From positions 8,974 through 72,802 of the forward strand of contig CAZYEI010000003.1 in assembly GCA_964646425.1 (NCBI GenBank): 63,829 nucleotides of DNA, written 5' to 3'. This stretch comes from an uncultured Eubacteriales bacterium (GTDB lineage: Bacteria > Bacillota_I > Bacilli_A > RFN20 > JAISJY01). Positions 51,942-61,535 of the stretch are shown piece by piece. Below the pieces are notes generated by a model. The model saw only the letters and a program-made list of their open reading frames with translations, was not told the DNA's origin and searched no databases. The translations under genes and the position numbers were made by a program. Within the stretch, counting starts at the first letter, position 1; each line of letters starts with the position of its first letter.

Positions 51942-52612
51942 ATTTTTTTTACCGCCTTATATCCTAGTCCCCTAATTGTTTGTATTTCAAATTCAGGATA
52001 ATTATTAAATTGGCTACGAAGTCTATTTATGTGTACAGTGATTGTTTTATCATCAGATTCGCTATCCATTCCCCATATTTCATTCATTAATTGATATCTT
52101 GTAAAGATAACATTAGGATAGGATAATAGTTTGTATAATAAATAAAATTCTTTTTTAGGAAGTTCAACGATTTTCTCTTCTCTTGTTACAGTTAATGAAT
52201 CGTAATCAAGTGTAACTTTTCCGATAATAAGTTTGTGTTCGTTTACAATTTTTGAACGTCTAAGTAAAGCATTAATTCTAAGTAGCAATTCTTCTTCATC
52301 AAAAGGTTTTACTAGGTAGTCATCTATTCCTACTAAAAATCCTTCTTTTTTATCTTCGATATTTCCTTTGGCAGTAACCATTAGTAAAGGAAGATTATAT
52401 TTATTATCACGCAAAAACTTTGTAAGTTCATAGCCGTTCATTTCAGGCATCATTACATCTATAATTGCTAAATCAATGTGATAATCTCCAAGTAATTTTA
52501 ATGCTACATTACCATTTTCAGCAAGTATAGGAGAATATCCGTTATTTTGCAATAATTTACCAATAAGTTTTCGAGTGTGTAAGTCATCTTCTACTATTAG
52601 TATATTAAGCAT
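51938..52612 (-). CDS. OmpR-family response regulator (HssR-like)
   Basis: IVEDD, DVMMP.MNG, DDYLVKPF, KEF.LL, VHI.RLR. Confidence 0.93.
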   Translation of the reverse strand: MLNILIVEDDLHTRKLIGKLLQNNGYSPILAENGNVALKLLGDYHIDLAIIDVMMPEMNGYELTKFLRDNKYNLPLLMVTAKGNIEDKKEGFLVGIDDYLVKPFDEEELLLRINALLRRSKIVNEHKLIIGKVTLDYDSLTVTREEKIVELPKKEFYLLYKLLSYPNVIFTRYQLMNEIWGMDSESDDKTITVHINRLRSQFNNYPEFEIQTIRGLGYKAVKKI

Positions 52613-52809
52613 TTAAATCACATCCTTAATTAAATTATAATATAATTTAAGAAATTTGTATATAAAGCAATTTTTATTAAAACTAGAAAGTTGATTTCTT
52701 ATTTTAATATTTCGATTTATAATATAAATTGTTATATTATTTGGTAGAGATAAAATTGGATTTATGATATTATAATAAATATATATTTTAGAAAAGTAGG
52801 GATAGAAAA

Positions 52810-53517
52810 ATGAATGAGATTAAATTCAAGGAATTAATAGCACAAAAGGGATTGATATTAACTGATAAACAATTGAATCAATTTAGACAATATTTGCTTC
52901 TTTTACAAGAATGGAATGAAAAAATGAATTTAACTTCAATAATTGAAGAAGAAGCAGTATATGAAAAACATTTTTATGATTGTTTGTTAAGTATTGATCA
53001 AATTGATTTTAATAATAAAACTTTATTAGATATTGGTGCTGGGGCAGGTTTTCCTTCTATTCCTTTAAAAATCGCTTTTCCTACTTTAAAACTAACTGTC
53101 TTAGATTCTTTACAAAAGAGAATGATTTTCATTGAAGAAGTAGTAAAAAAATTAGATTTAAAGGATGTAAATATTGTTGTTTCTAGAGCTGAAGATTATG
53201 CGTTAAGTAATAGAGAAACTTTTGATATAGTTACTTCAAGAGCAGTAGCAAGATTAAATATTTTAGCAGAGTTATCGTTACCATTAGTAAAACTTGGAGG
53301 AATATTTCTAGCCTATAAAGGGCAAAGTGCAATGGAAGAATATCAAGAATGTCAAAAAGGCATAGCATTACTTGGAGGAAAATTAAAAAAAATTCAAACA
53401 GAATCTTTGCCTAGTGAAAATGCAATAAGATATAATTTATTTATTACTAAGGAAAAAGAGACACCATTATTATATCCTAGATCTTATAGTAAGATAAAAA
53501 AGAGTCCGATTAAGTAG
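52810..53517 (+). CDS. rsmG: 16S rRNA m7G527 methyltransferase
   Basis: WNEKMNLT, KHFYD, DIGAGAGFP.IPLKI, RAE, SRAVA. Confidence 0.96.
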   Translation: MNEIKFKELIAQKGLILTDKQLNQFRQYLLLLQEWNEKMNLTSIIEEEAVYEKHFYDCLLSIDQIDFNNKTLLDIGAGAGFPSIPLKIAFPTLKLTVLDSLQKRMIFIEEVVKKLDLKDVNIVVSRAEDYALSNRETFDIVTSRAVARLNILAELSLPLVKLGGIFLAYKGQSAMEEYQECQKGIALLGGKLKKIQTESLPSENAIRYNLFITKEKETPLLYPRSYSKIKKSPIK

Positions 53518-53534
53518 AGAGAGTGTGAAGTATT

Positions 53535-54317
53535 ATGGGAAAAATTTTTGCAATAACTAATCAAAAAGGTGGAGTTGGAAAAACAACCACAGCCATTAAT
53601 TTAAGTGCTGCATTAGCAAGCAAAGGAAAAAAAATATTATTAATTGATTTAGATCCTCAATGTAATGCTACACGAGGAATTGGTCAAGATCCGTATATTT
53701 TAGAAGAAAATATTTATACAGCTATGATGGAAAATCATGATATTACATTAGCTATTGGAGGAACAACATTCAAAAATTTGAATATTATTGCGGGTTCTTT
53801 GAATTTAGCTGGAGCAGACATTGAACTACTAAATGAAGAACATAAGCATACAAAATTAAAAATAGCATTACAGCCAATAATCAATAAATATGATTTTATA
53901 ATTTTGGATTGTCCACCTTCACTCGGATTACTTACCATGAATGCTTTGGTAGCTTCTGATGGTTTAATTATTCCAATGCAATGCGAATTCTTTTCAATGG
54001 AAGGTATTTCTCAACTTTTGAATACTATTTTAAAAGTAAGACAAAATTTTAATCCAAGTTTATACATTGAAGGGATTTTGTTAACAATGTGTGATTTCAG
54101 GACAAAATTTGCAGTATCCATTCAACAAGAAGTAAGAGGTATTTTTAAGGATAATGTATATAAAACTGGAATTCCTAGAAATATAAAAGTTGTAGAAGCT
54201 GCAAGTAAAGGAAAGTCAATTATAGAATATGATATAAAAGCGACAGGGGCACAAAGCTATTTAGCACTTGCAAAGGAAGTGTTACAACATGAAAATAAAC
54301 GAAAAAACCAAGGGTAA
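53535..54317 (+). CDS. soj: ParA/Soj ATPase
   Basis: NQKGGVGKTTT, DLDPQ.NAT, DCPPSLG, QCEFF. Confidence 0.95.
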   Translation: MGKIFAITNQKGGVGKTTTAINLSAALASKGKKILLIDLDPQCNATRGIGQDPYILEENIYTAMMENHDITLAIGGTTFKNLNIIAGSLNLAGADIELLNEEHKHTKLKIALQPIINKYDFIILDCPPSLGLLTMNALVASDGLIIPMQCEFFSMEGISQLLNTILKVRQNFNPSLYIEGILLTMCDFRTKFAVSIQQEVRGIFKDNVYKTGIPRNIKVVEAASKGKSIIEYDIKATGAQSYLALAKEVLQHENKRKNQG

Positions 54318-55119
54318 AGGGTTATCTTTAATACTTGGAGATAATTTAGATTTTAAAGCTGAAGAACTGCAACATAATAGTGAAAATACAATTTTGGTAA
54401 AGTTATCAGATTTAGTTTTAAATCCATTTATTGAATTTGAACAAGATTCAAAAGCAATTGCTAAACTCGCAGAAGCTATTAAAGAAAATGGTCAATTAAC
54501 TCCAATTTTAGTAAGAAAAAAAGATAATTATTATGAAGTTGTAACTGGAGAAAAGAGATATTATGCTTGTAAAATTATAGGACTTGATAAAATAAAAGTA
54601 GTAGTTTGTGATTTTGATGATCAAGAAGTTCAAGAGTTATATATGTATGATTTATTAAACAAAGATCGTCTTAATTTAGTTACAGAAGCTAAGCTTTATA
54701 AAAGCATTATTGAAAATAAAGGGATAAGTCAAAGCGAACTTGCAAAAAGATTAGATCGTTCACGTTCATCGATATCAAATTCATTACGCTTATTAACCTT
54801 AGATAATGAAGTTTTAAAATTGATTGTAAAGTATAAATTAACGCTTGGTCAAGTAAAGCCACTGATTGGACTTGATACAGATTATATTATTGAAATTATT
54901 GAAAACATTAATAAACAAGGATTATCAAGTAGAGATATTGAAGATATTGCTAAGGCAGAAAAGAGTAAACATAAATCACTTTGTATTATTAACGATACCG
55001 AGAGAAAAATAAATGACAAGTTTAATTGTAAAACCAAAATCCGAGGTAAAAAGATTGAATTTACCTTTAAAAATAGTAACGAACTTCAAAAATTTGTTAA
55101 CTCTCTCAATAAATTATAG
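54289..55119 (+). CDS. spo0J: ParB/Spo0J (divergent)
   Basis: VVTGEKRYYA, HTH SQSELAKRLDRSRS.ISN.LRLL, after soj; ATG 54289. Confidence 0.85.
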   Translation: MKINEKTKGKGLSLILGDNLDFKAEELQHNSENTILVKLSDLVLNPFIEFEQDSKAIAKLAEAIKENGQLTPILVRKKDNYYEVVTGEKRYYACKIIGLDKIKVVVCDFDDQEVQELYMYDLLNKDRLNLVTEAKLYKSIIENKGISQSELAKRLDRSRSSISNSLRLLTLDNEVLKLIVKYKLTLGQVKPLIGLDTDYIIEIIENINKQGLSSRDIEDIAKAEKSKHKSLCIINDTERKINDKFNCKTKIRGKKIEFTFKNSNELQKFVNSLNKL

Positions 55120-55169
55120 AGAAATAATAGTAATATAAAGCTAAAGTTTTTTTAGAATAATAACTTAAT

Positions 55170-55197
55170 TCTAAAAGATTATAGATATACATAAAAT
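55170..55197 (+). promoter_or_regulatory. sigE-type promoter of dacB-spmA-spmB
   Basis: TCTAAA-14 nt-CATAAAAT; the operon is sigE-dependent in B. subtilis. Confidence 0.6.
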
Positions 55198-55218
55198 ATA
55201 GAGAAAGAGGGGATATAT

Positions 55219-56289
55219 ATGCACCTTTTATCTCTATTTTTTTTATTAACTTCCTTTTTTGTTCCAACAAGTGTTACAAATAAAAACATTAATGAATATT
55301 ATGCCAAAAGTTACATAGTCATGGATTTTTATAGTGGAAAAATACTTGAAGAAAAAAATAAGGATTTAATAAGAAGTGTAGCCAGTATTTCTAAATTAAT
55401 GACAGCGTATGTAACACTAAATTATGCTTCTGATTTAAATCAAAAAGTTTTAATTGGAAAAGAAATAGAAAATGCATATGGAAGCGCAGTATATCTTAAT
55501 GAAGGAGAAGAACTTTCGTTATTAGAATTATTGTATGCTTTATTGTTAAGAAGCGGAAATGATGCCGCATTTAGTATTGCAAGTTATATTGGAGATGGCG
55601 ATATTTCTTTATTTGTGGCAATGATGAATAATGAAGCAAAGAAAATTGGCATGAAGAATTCATTGTTTAGAAATCCCTGTGGTCTTGATGAAAAGGACGG
55701 AGGAAATTTATCATCTGCTTATGAAATGGCTTTACTAATGCGTGAATGTATGAAAAATGAGATATTTGCTAGCATTGTTAATTCTTCAAGTTATCGTAGT
55801 ACAAATCATGGAGAATGGAAAAATAAAAATAAATTATTATCGCTTTATGAATATACTACTGGTGGTAAAACAGGATACACTAGACTTGCAAAAAGAACTT
55901 TAGTAACAAGTGCTAAAAAAGTTCATACCCATTTGATTATAGTAACCCTAGATTGCGGCAATGATTTTTTATTTCATAAAACGTTTTATGAAAAGTATTT
56001 TAATTTATATGAAAATAGGTTATTAATAAAGCAGGGAAATTTTATTATTGATAAATATCATATTTATGTAAAGCAAGACTTAAATTATATATTAAAAAAA
56101 GATGAATGGCAGAGTACTCTTTTGATTTATAAAATTAATCATGATAAAACAGAATTAGATATTTATTTGCTTATTGATAACGAAGAATATTATTTAGAAA
56201 CATGTGAAATTAAAGAAATTGAGCAAGGAAATATAAAAATATCTTTTTGGAAAAAAATAATTAATTTTTTTAGGAGGCTATTTAGATGA
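55219..56289 (+). CDS. dacB: D-alanyl-D-alanine carboxypeptidase (cortex)
   Basis: VASISK (SxxK), SGND, GKTG; precedes spmAB. Confidence 0.88.
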   Translation: MHLLSLFFLLTSFFVPTSVTNKNINEYYAKSYIVMDFYSGKILEEKNKDLIRSVASISKLMTAYVTLNYASDLNQKVLIGKEIENAYGSAVYLNEGEELSLLELLYALLLRSGNDAAFSIASYIGDGDISLFVAMMNNEAKKIGMKNSLFRNPCGLDEKDGGNLSSAYEMALLMRECMKNEIFASIVNSSSYRSTNHGEWKNKNKLLSLYEYTTGGKTGYTRLAKRTLVTSAKKVHTHLIIVTLDCGNDFLFHKTFYEKYFNLYENRLLIKQGNFIIDKYHIYVKQDLNYILKKDEWQSTLLIYKINHDKTELDIYLLIDNEEYYLETCEIKEIEQGNIKISFWKKIINFFRRLFR

Positions 56290-56867
56290 ATAAATTATGG
56301 GGCGTAATAATACTTATTAGTGCAGGGTATGGATTAATAACTGGGCGAGGTGTAGAAATGGCTAATGAAATATTAAAAATACCGGAGACTACAATTAATT
56401 TAGGAATAACAATTATTGGAAGTGCGATATTTTGGAGTGGAATTATGAAAATTATGGAGAACGCTGGAATAATTGATTCATTAAGTAATTTTTTGGCTCC
56501 CATTATGAAAAAAATAATGCCTAAATTAAAAGATCAAAAAGCATTAAACTACATTTCAACTAATATAGCAGCAAATATGTTCGGATTAGGATTTGCAGCT
56601 ACGCCATCTGGATTAAAAGGAATAAAAAGATTGAAAGAAATTTCACCATTACCTGATGGGGTAGCTAGTGATGATATGATAACTTTTCTGGTTTTAAATA
56701 CTGCTGGAGTTACTCTTATTCCTACAAGTGTCCTGGCTTTAAGGCAAGCATTGGGTTCAAAACACCCAGGAGATTTTATGCTTATTGGTTTAATTGGAAC
56801 TGTTGTGTCGTGTGTTGTTGGTTTAACTGCAGATAGATTATTTAGGAGACCATATCATGAATGTTGA
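56286..56867 (+). CDS. spmA: Spore maturation protein A
   Basis: FWSGIM.I, N..ANMFGLG.AATP.GLK, FLVLNT...TLIP. Confidence 0.92.
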   Translation: MNKLWGVIILISAGYGLITGRGVEMANEILKIPETTINLGITIIGSAIFWSGIMKIMENAGIIDSLSNFLAPIMKKIMPKLKDQKALNYISTNIAANMFGLGFAATPSGLKGIKRLKEISPLPDGVASDDMITFLVLNTAGVTLIPTSVLALRQALGSKHPGDFMLIGLIGTVVSCVVGLTADRLFRRPYHEC

Positions 56868-57381
56868 TTATTGGATGCTAATAGTTCCGTTACTAATTAT
56901 TTGGGCGGTAGCATATAGTTTAAAAAAGAAAAGTCATCCATATGATTCTTTTATTGAAGGTATTTATGAAGGTGTCCCTTTGATAAAAGAAATATTTCCT
57001 TCGTTAATAGCAATGGTTATTGCAACCACTTTGCTTAGAAGTTCTGGATTAACTAATGATTTAGCAAGTCTATTGAGAAAATTAATTCCTTATGGTGATT
57101 TTTTAGCAGAATTAACTCCAATGGCAATCTTTAGACCTTTATCAGGAAGTGCTTCAATGTCAGTTTTAAACGATATATGTACAACTCATGGACCTGATAG
57201 TTTACTTTGTCAAACAGTAAGTAGTATTCAAGGAAGTACCGATACAACCTTTTATGTTATCGCCTTATATTTTGGTTCGATTGGTGTTAAAAAATGGCGT
57301 CATACATTAAAAGCAGGCTTAACTGCTGATGCTGTTGGGATTATTGTAGCAGTAGTTCTTTCGATTGTTATTTTTGGATAA
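56857..57381 (+). CDS. spmB: Spore maturation protein B
   Basis: RPLSGS.S, QGSTDTTFYV..LYFGS.G. Confidence 0.93.
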   Translation: MNVDYWMLIVPLLIIWAVAYSLKKKSHPYDSFIEGIYEGVPLIKEIFPSLIAMVIATTLLRSSGLTNDLASLLRKLIPYGDFLAELTPMAIFRPLSGSASMSVLNDICTTHGPDSLLCQTVSSIQGSTDTTFYVIALYFGSIGVKKWRHTLKAGLTADAVGIIVAVVLSIVIFG

Positions 57382-57387
57382 TTGAGT

Positions 57388-57470
57388 TAAAACGCATAGA
57401 AATATACTTGATTTTAATGTTTCTCTAGGGTTTAGATAAACTTTTTAGTTGAGTATAAATATGCGTTTTA
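57388..57470 (+). other. 83-nt imperfect rod-like hairpin between spmB and rluB
   Basis: 11-bp outer stem, 11-bp middle stem with 3 G-U pairs, apical stem of about 8 bp. Confidence 0.6.
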
Positions 57471-57529
57471 TTATACATTGGTTACATTTAGATTTAAAAT
57501 ATGATATATTTATAGTGGAGTGATAAAAT

Positions 57530-58243
57530 ATGGAAAGATTACAAAAAATTATGGCCCAATGTGGTGTTGCATCTAGAAGAAAATCTGAAGAATTAATATT
57601 AAATGGAAAAGTAAAAGTTAATGGAAAGGTATGTACTACTTTAGGAACATGTGTTTCAAGTGAGGATACTATTGAAGTAAATGGAAAAGTAATTGGCAAA
57701 GAAAAGAAAGTTTATATTTTGTTAAATAAACCTAGAAATTGTGTTACTACTGTTAGCGATGATCGAGGAAGACCAACAGTTATTGACAAATTAGATGGCA
57801 ATATTAAAGTAAGAATATATCCAGTAGGTAGATTGGATTTTGATACAACGGGAGCTTTGATTTTAACTAATGATGGGGATTTAGCAAATAAGTTAATGCA
57901 TCCTTCTAAAGAAATCGAAAAAGTATATATTGCTAAAGTTAAAGGATTGGTAACTGATGATAAATTAGAATTATTAAGAAATGGAATAGAATTAAGCGAT
58001 GGTATGACTTCTCCAGCAGAAGTGGAAATTTTAAACTACAATGAAGAAAAGCGTACTACTATTGTAAAATTAACAATACATGAAGGTCGAAATAGACAAG
58101 TTAAACGAATGTTTGAAGCTATTAACTATGATGTTATAAAATTAAATAGAGAATCAATTGCAGGTATTTCTACTAAAGGTTTGTATGAAGGCAAATATCG
58201 TAAATTAACATTAGAGGAAGTTAAATATTTGAAATCGCTATAG
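57530..58243 (+). CDS. rluB: rRNA pseudouridine synthase RluB/RsuA family
   Basis: ERLQK..A..GVASRR, NKP, PVGRLDFDT.G, EGRNRQVKRM; follows spmB as in Bacillus. Confidence 0.92.
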   Translation: MERLQKIMAQCGVASRRKSEELILNGKVKVNGKVCTTLGTCVSSEDTIEVNGKVIGKEKKVYILLNKPRNCVTTVSDDRGRPTVIDKLDGNIKVRIYPVGRLDFDTTGALILTNDGDLANKLMHPSKEIEKVYIAKVKGLVTDDKLELLRNGIELSDGMTSPAEVEILNYNEEKRTTIVKLTIHEGRNRQVKRMFEAINYDVIKLNRESIAGISTKGLYEGKYRKLTLEEVKYLKSL

Positions 58244-58252
58244 TATAAGGAG

Positions 58253-60094
58253 ATGAACCTTATGGCAACAATAAGCATTATTCCTAAAGTGAAAGAATAT
58301 ATAGATTATAGTGATAAGATAAATTTTGATAGATTAAAGTGTAATATAAAGTTATCGGCATATCAAAAAACTTTATTAAATAAGCATCTTTCAAGTACTT
58401 CTTTAAATGAATTAATATTTATAAAAAAAGCGAATATTACTAAAGAAGGATATGAAATTAAGGTTAATAGGGATAATATTGATTGTTATTACTCATCGCA
58501 TAAAGGAATACATAATGCTATATTAACTTTGAAACAATTATTAGATAAAAAAGATAATTTAACTTGTTGTTTGATTAAAGATGAACCAAATTTTGAACTG
58601 AGATCAGTGATGATTGATATTTCTAGAAATAAAGTTCCTAATATTTCCACTTTAAAAAAAATAATTGATGAATTAGCTTTAGTGAAAATTAATGATTTAC
58701 AATTATATATTGAAGGAAGATCTTTTTATTTTGCAAGTCTTGCAAAATACTATGTAAACAAAGAAGATTTTTTAACAGGAGAAGATGTATTGGAATTAAC
58801 AAGATATGCAAGTGCTAGAGAAATAGAATTAACTCCTAATTTTAATTGCTATGGTCATATGGCGTATTGGTTAAACCAAGATGAGTTAAAGCATTTGGCC
58901 TTAAATAGGGAGGGATTCACTTTCCCTAATTCCCATTCATTTAACTATCCTCAAACAATAAATTCTCAATTAAAAGAAAGTAAAGATTTTTTGTTTGGTA
59001 TGATTGATGATTTATTAAAATATTATCCTAATGGCGATAGGTGTACAATCGGAGGAGATGAGCCATTTGAATTATTGTTTCCGACAAGACACCCCAATGC
59101 GAAAAAGTTATATGAAAATCAAATCAAAGATGTTATTAATTATGTAAAAAAATATAATAAAAAACCATACATGTGGTCGGATGTTGCAAGAACATATCCT
59201 GAAATGTTAACTGAATTAGAGGATGTTATTTTATTAGATTGGTGTTATGAGGCATCTTGGGTTAATGATGAAAGAATGAAGTTTTTTGAAAAATATCAAG
59301 TCCCATTTATTATTTGTCCAGGAACGAGTGGATGGTTTTCTTTTGCTGGAAGAATGGAAAATATGTTAATAAATTATCAAGAAACAGCATTATATGGTAA
59401 AAAATATCACGCCAAAGGATATATGATAACTGATTGGAATGATGGAGGTGCCTTTACTCAGTTTGTAACAAATATAGCTACATATATTTATGGTGCTTGT
59501 TTTGCTTGGAATGATGAAAATCTTAATTATAATGACATTAATAGGTATTTAGATGAATATATTTATTTTAATAATATCGCAGAAAGTGTAATTGAACTTG
59601 GTAAATATAATTTACAACAAGATAATGTAATACCAGGTATGCCTAAACTTTTTACAATGTTTTTTTCACATCAAATAGATGGTTTAAACTTTGATATTGG
59701 TTCATATTCTGATTGTGCTGCTCTAAATAATTCAAAAGATATTCTTAATTATAACGAATGCACTAAAACAATAAAGTTTTTAGATAAATGGCTTCAAAAT
59801 TTTCATTATCAAAAAGAAAATGATTATATTAAAGAGTTAATATTTGAATATCGATTAATCAAGCATTCAGTTAATTTGAATCTTGTTTATTTGAAATTAA
59901 GAGATTTTAGAGCATTTAAGGAAGATATTGAATACTTGTTAGAAGATATAAATTCTTTAATTCATGATTATCCTAAAATTTGGAGTAAAAGAAATAAAAG
60001 AAGTGATTTTAAATTTTCTATTTTTAGATTAAAATTATTAAAAATAAAATATAAAAATTATATTAATTTATTTAATCAAATTGAAAAAATATAA
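58253..60094 (+). CDS. GH20 beta-N-acetylhexosaminidase-like hydrolase
   Basis: R.VMIDISR, LQLY.E, GHM..WL, IGGDEP catalytic pair, MWSD, ITDW.D.G. Confidence 0.8.
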   Translation: MNLMATISIIPKVKEYIDYSDKINFDRLKCNIKLSAYQKTLLNKHLSSTSLNELIFIKKANITKEGYEIKVNRDNIDCYYSSHKGIHNAILTLKQLLDKKDNLTCCLIKDEPNFELRSVMIDISRNKVPNISTLKKIIDELALVKINDLQLYIEGRSFYFASLAKYYVNKEDFLTGEDVLELTRYASAREIELTPNFNCYGHMAYWLNQDELKHLALNREGFTFPNSHSFNYPQTINSQLKESKDFLFGMIDDLLKYYPNGDRCTIGGDEPFELLFPTRHPNAKKLYENQIKDVINYVKKYNKKPYMWSDVARTYPEMLTELEDVILLDWCYEASWVNDERMKFFEKYQVPFIICPGTSGWFSFAGRMENMLINYQETALYGKKYHAKGYMITDWNDGGAFTQFVTNIATYIYGACFAWNDENLNYNDINRYLDEYIYFNNIAESVIELGKYNLQQDNVIPGMPKLFTMFFSHQIDGLNFDIGSYSDCAALNNSKDILNYNECTKTIKFLDKWLQNFHYQKENDYIKELIFEYRLIKHSVNLNLVYLKLRDFRAFKEDIEYLLEDINSLIHDYPKIWSKRNKRSDFKFSIFRLKLLKIKYKNYINLFNQIEKI

Positions 60095-60210
60095 AAATAT
60101 GCACTATATATTGCTGCTTTTTATAAAAAAATATAAGTTCTCTTATTAAGAGATTATGTTCTAGCAACAATTTATTGATGATGATTTATAATATGATTGG
60201 AGGAAGAGTA

Positions 60211-60894
60211 ATGGATAAATATAAATTTGGTGAATTTATCTACAATCAAAGAAAAAAACTTGGGTTGACCCAAGATGAGTTAGGAAGAAAATTAAATGTT
60301 ACAAATAAAGCTGTTTCAAAATGGGAAACAGGAGAAACATTACCTGATATCCAATTACTTGAAAAACTGGCCAGTACGCTTAACGTAACAATTGATGAAT
60401 TATTAACTCAAAAGAAGCCGAAAGTAGAAACAACAATAAAAAAGCCTAAAATTTATCTTTATATTATTCATGCCTTAATTAGCTTGGCTTTATTAATAGT
60501 AATAGTTTTACTTTTTATTAAGCCAATTGGAGAAGAAAAAATAGAATTTGTTTCTCAAGCTAATGCTGAAAATTACTTTTCAATAACTCCTTGCGAAAAA
60601 TCTTATTTAAATGATTTAACTTTAACAATTTATGGGTCGATAACTGAAAAAAAAGAAATTATCGAACCTGAATTAGTGTTGGCATTTTCTATTCAATATT
60701 ATTATTTTAATGATAATAATGAATTAAGTGAAATACTATATGTTGGTAGAAAAGTTACATATACAGGTGAAACAAGAGATTTTAGCATAATTGTAGAGCC
60801 AAAAGATCCAATCAGTAATTATAAGTCGTTTTATGGTTTTAATGTTAATTATGAAATAGTTGATGCGAAAGGACGTGTTGAAAAATCATTATGA
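60211..60894 (+). CDS. Membrane-anchored XRE-family HTH regulator
   Basis: R..LGLTQ.EL...L.V..KAVSKWE.G..LPD, then one TM and an extracytoplasmic domain. Confidence 0.85.
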   Translation: MDKYKFGEFIYNQRKKLGLTQDELGRKLNVTNKAVSKWETGETLPDIQLLEKLASTLNVTIDELLTQKKPKVETTIKKPKIYLYIIHALISLALLIVIVLLFIKPIGEEKIEFVSQANAENYFSITPCEKSYLNDLTLTIYGSITEKKEIIEPELVLAFSIQYYYFNDNNELSEILYVGRKVTYTGETRDFSIIVEPKDPISNYKSFYGFNVNYEIVDAKGRVEKSL

Positions 60895-61523
60895 AAAAAA
60901 TAAATTATGGATTATTGACAATAGTGATTTTATTACTTTCTTCATGTGCTGCATCTTCTGTAAATAATGGAGCCCATCCAAGTATTGATGGAACAACTTT
61001 CAATTATTTTACAAGTTTTACGTACAATAATAATGAGTATCAAATCGCTTTCCCTATTAATAATGAATCAGCATTTTATTTGTATGAAAAAACTCCATAT
61101 AAAACCACAATGAAAACTTGGGTGATAAACTATTATTATACTAGTACATATTATTGCGATGAATATTTTTATGAAGACAAAGAAATACTAGTAAGTTTAT
61201 ATGAAACATTATTAGAAAAAGAGTTAGAAATTGAAGAATTAATTGAAATGGAGATAGATTTATATCATCCTAATAATGAAAGTGTAGAAGAAATTATTAT
61301 AAATAATATTTTTGATAGTGAAATAGAATGTGTTATTGTAGATAAATATCTACCAATTAGATTAAAGAATAATTATAGGAATAATTCATATACTATTTCT
61401 ATTCCAATTAAAAGATTTTATTTAACTAAAAGTAACAATTTGATTGAAAGTCCGATAAATGACGATATTATTACTTGGGAGGATTTTTTGGCAATTCCAA
61501 ATATGAATGAAAATATATATTAG
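60891..61523 (+). CDS. Hypothetical lipoprotein
   Basis: MKK...LLLSSC lipobox; ATGA coupling to the XRE gene. Confidence 0.7.
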   Translation: MKKINYGLLTIVILLLSSCAASSVNNGAHPSIDGTTFNYFTSFTYNNNEYQIAFPINNESAFYLYEKTPYKTTMKTWVINYYYTSTYYCDEYFYEDKEILVSLYETLLEKELEIEELIEMEIDLYHPNNESVEEIIINNIFDSEIECVIVDKYLPIRLKNNYRNNSYTISIPIKRFYLTKSNNLIESPINDDIITWEDFLAIPNMNENIY

Positions 61524-61535
61524 GAGGTCTAAAAA

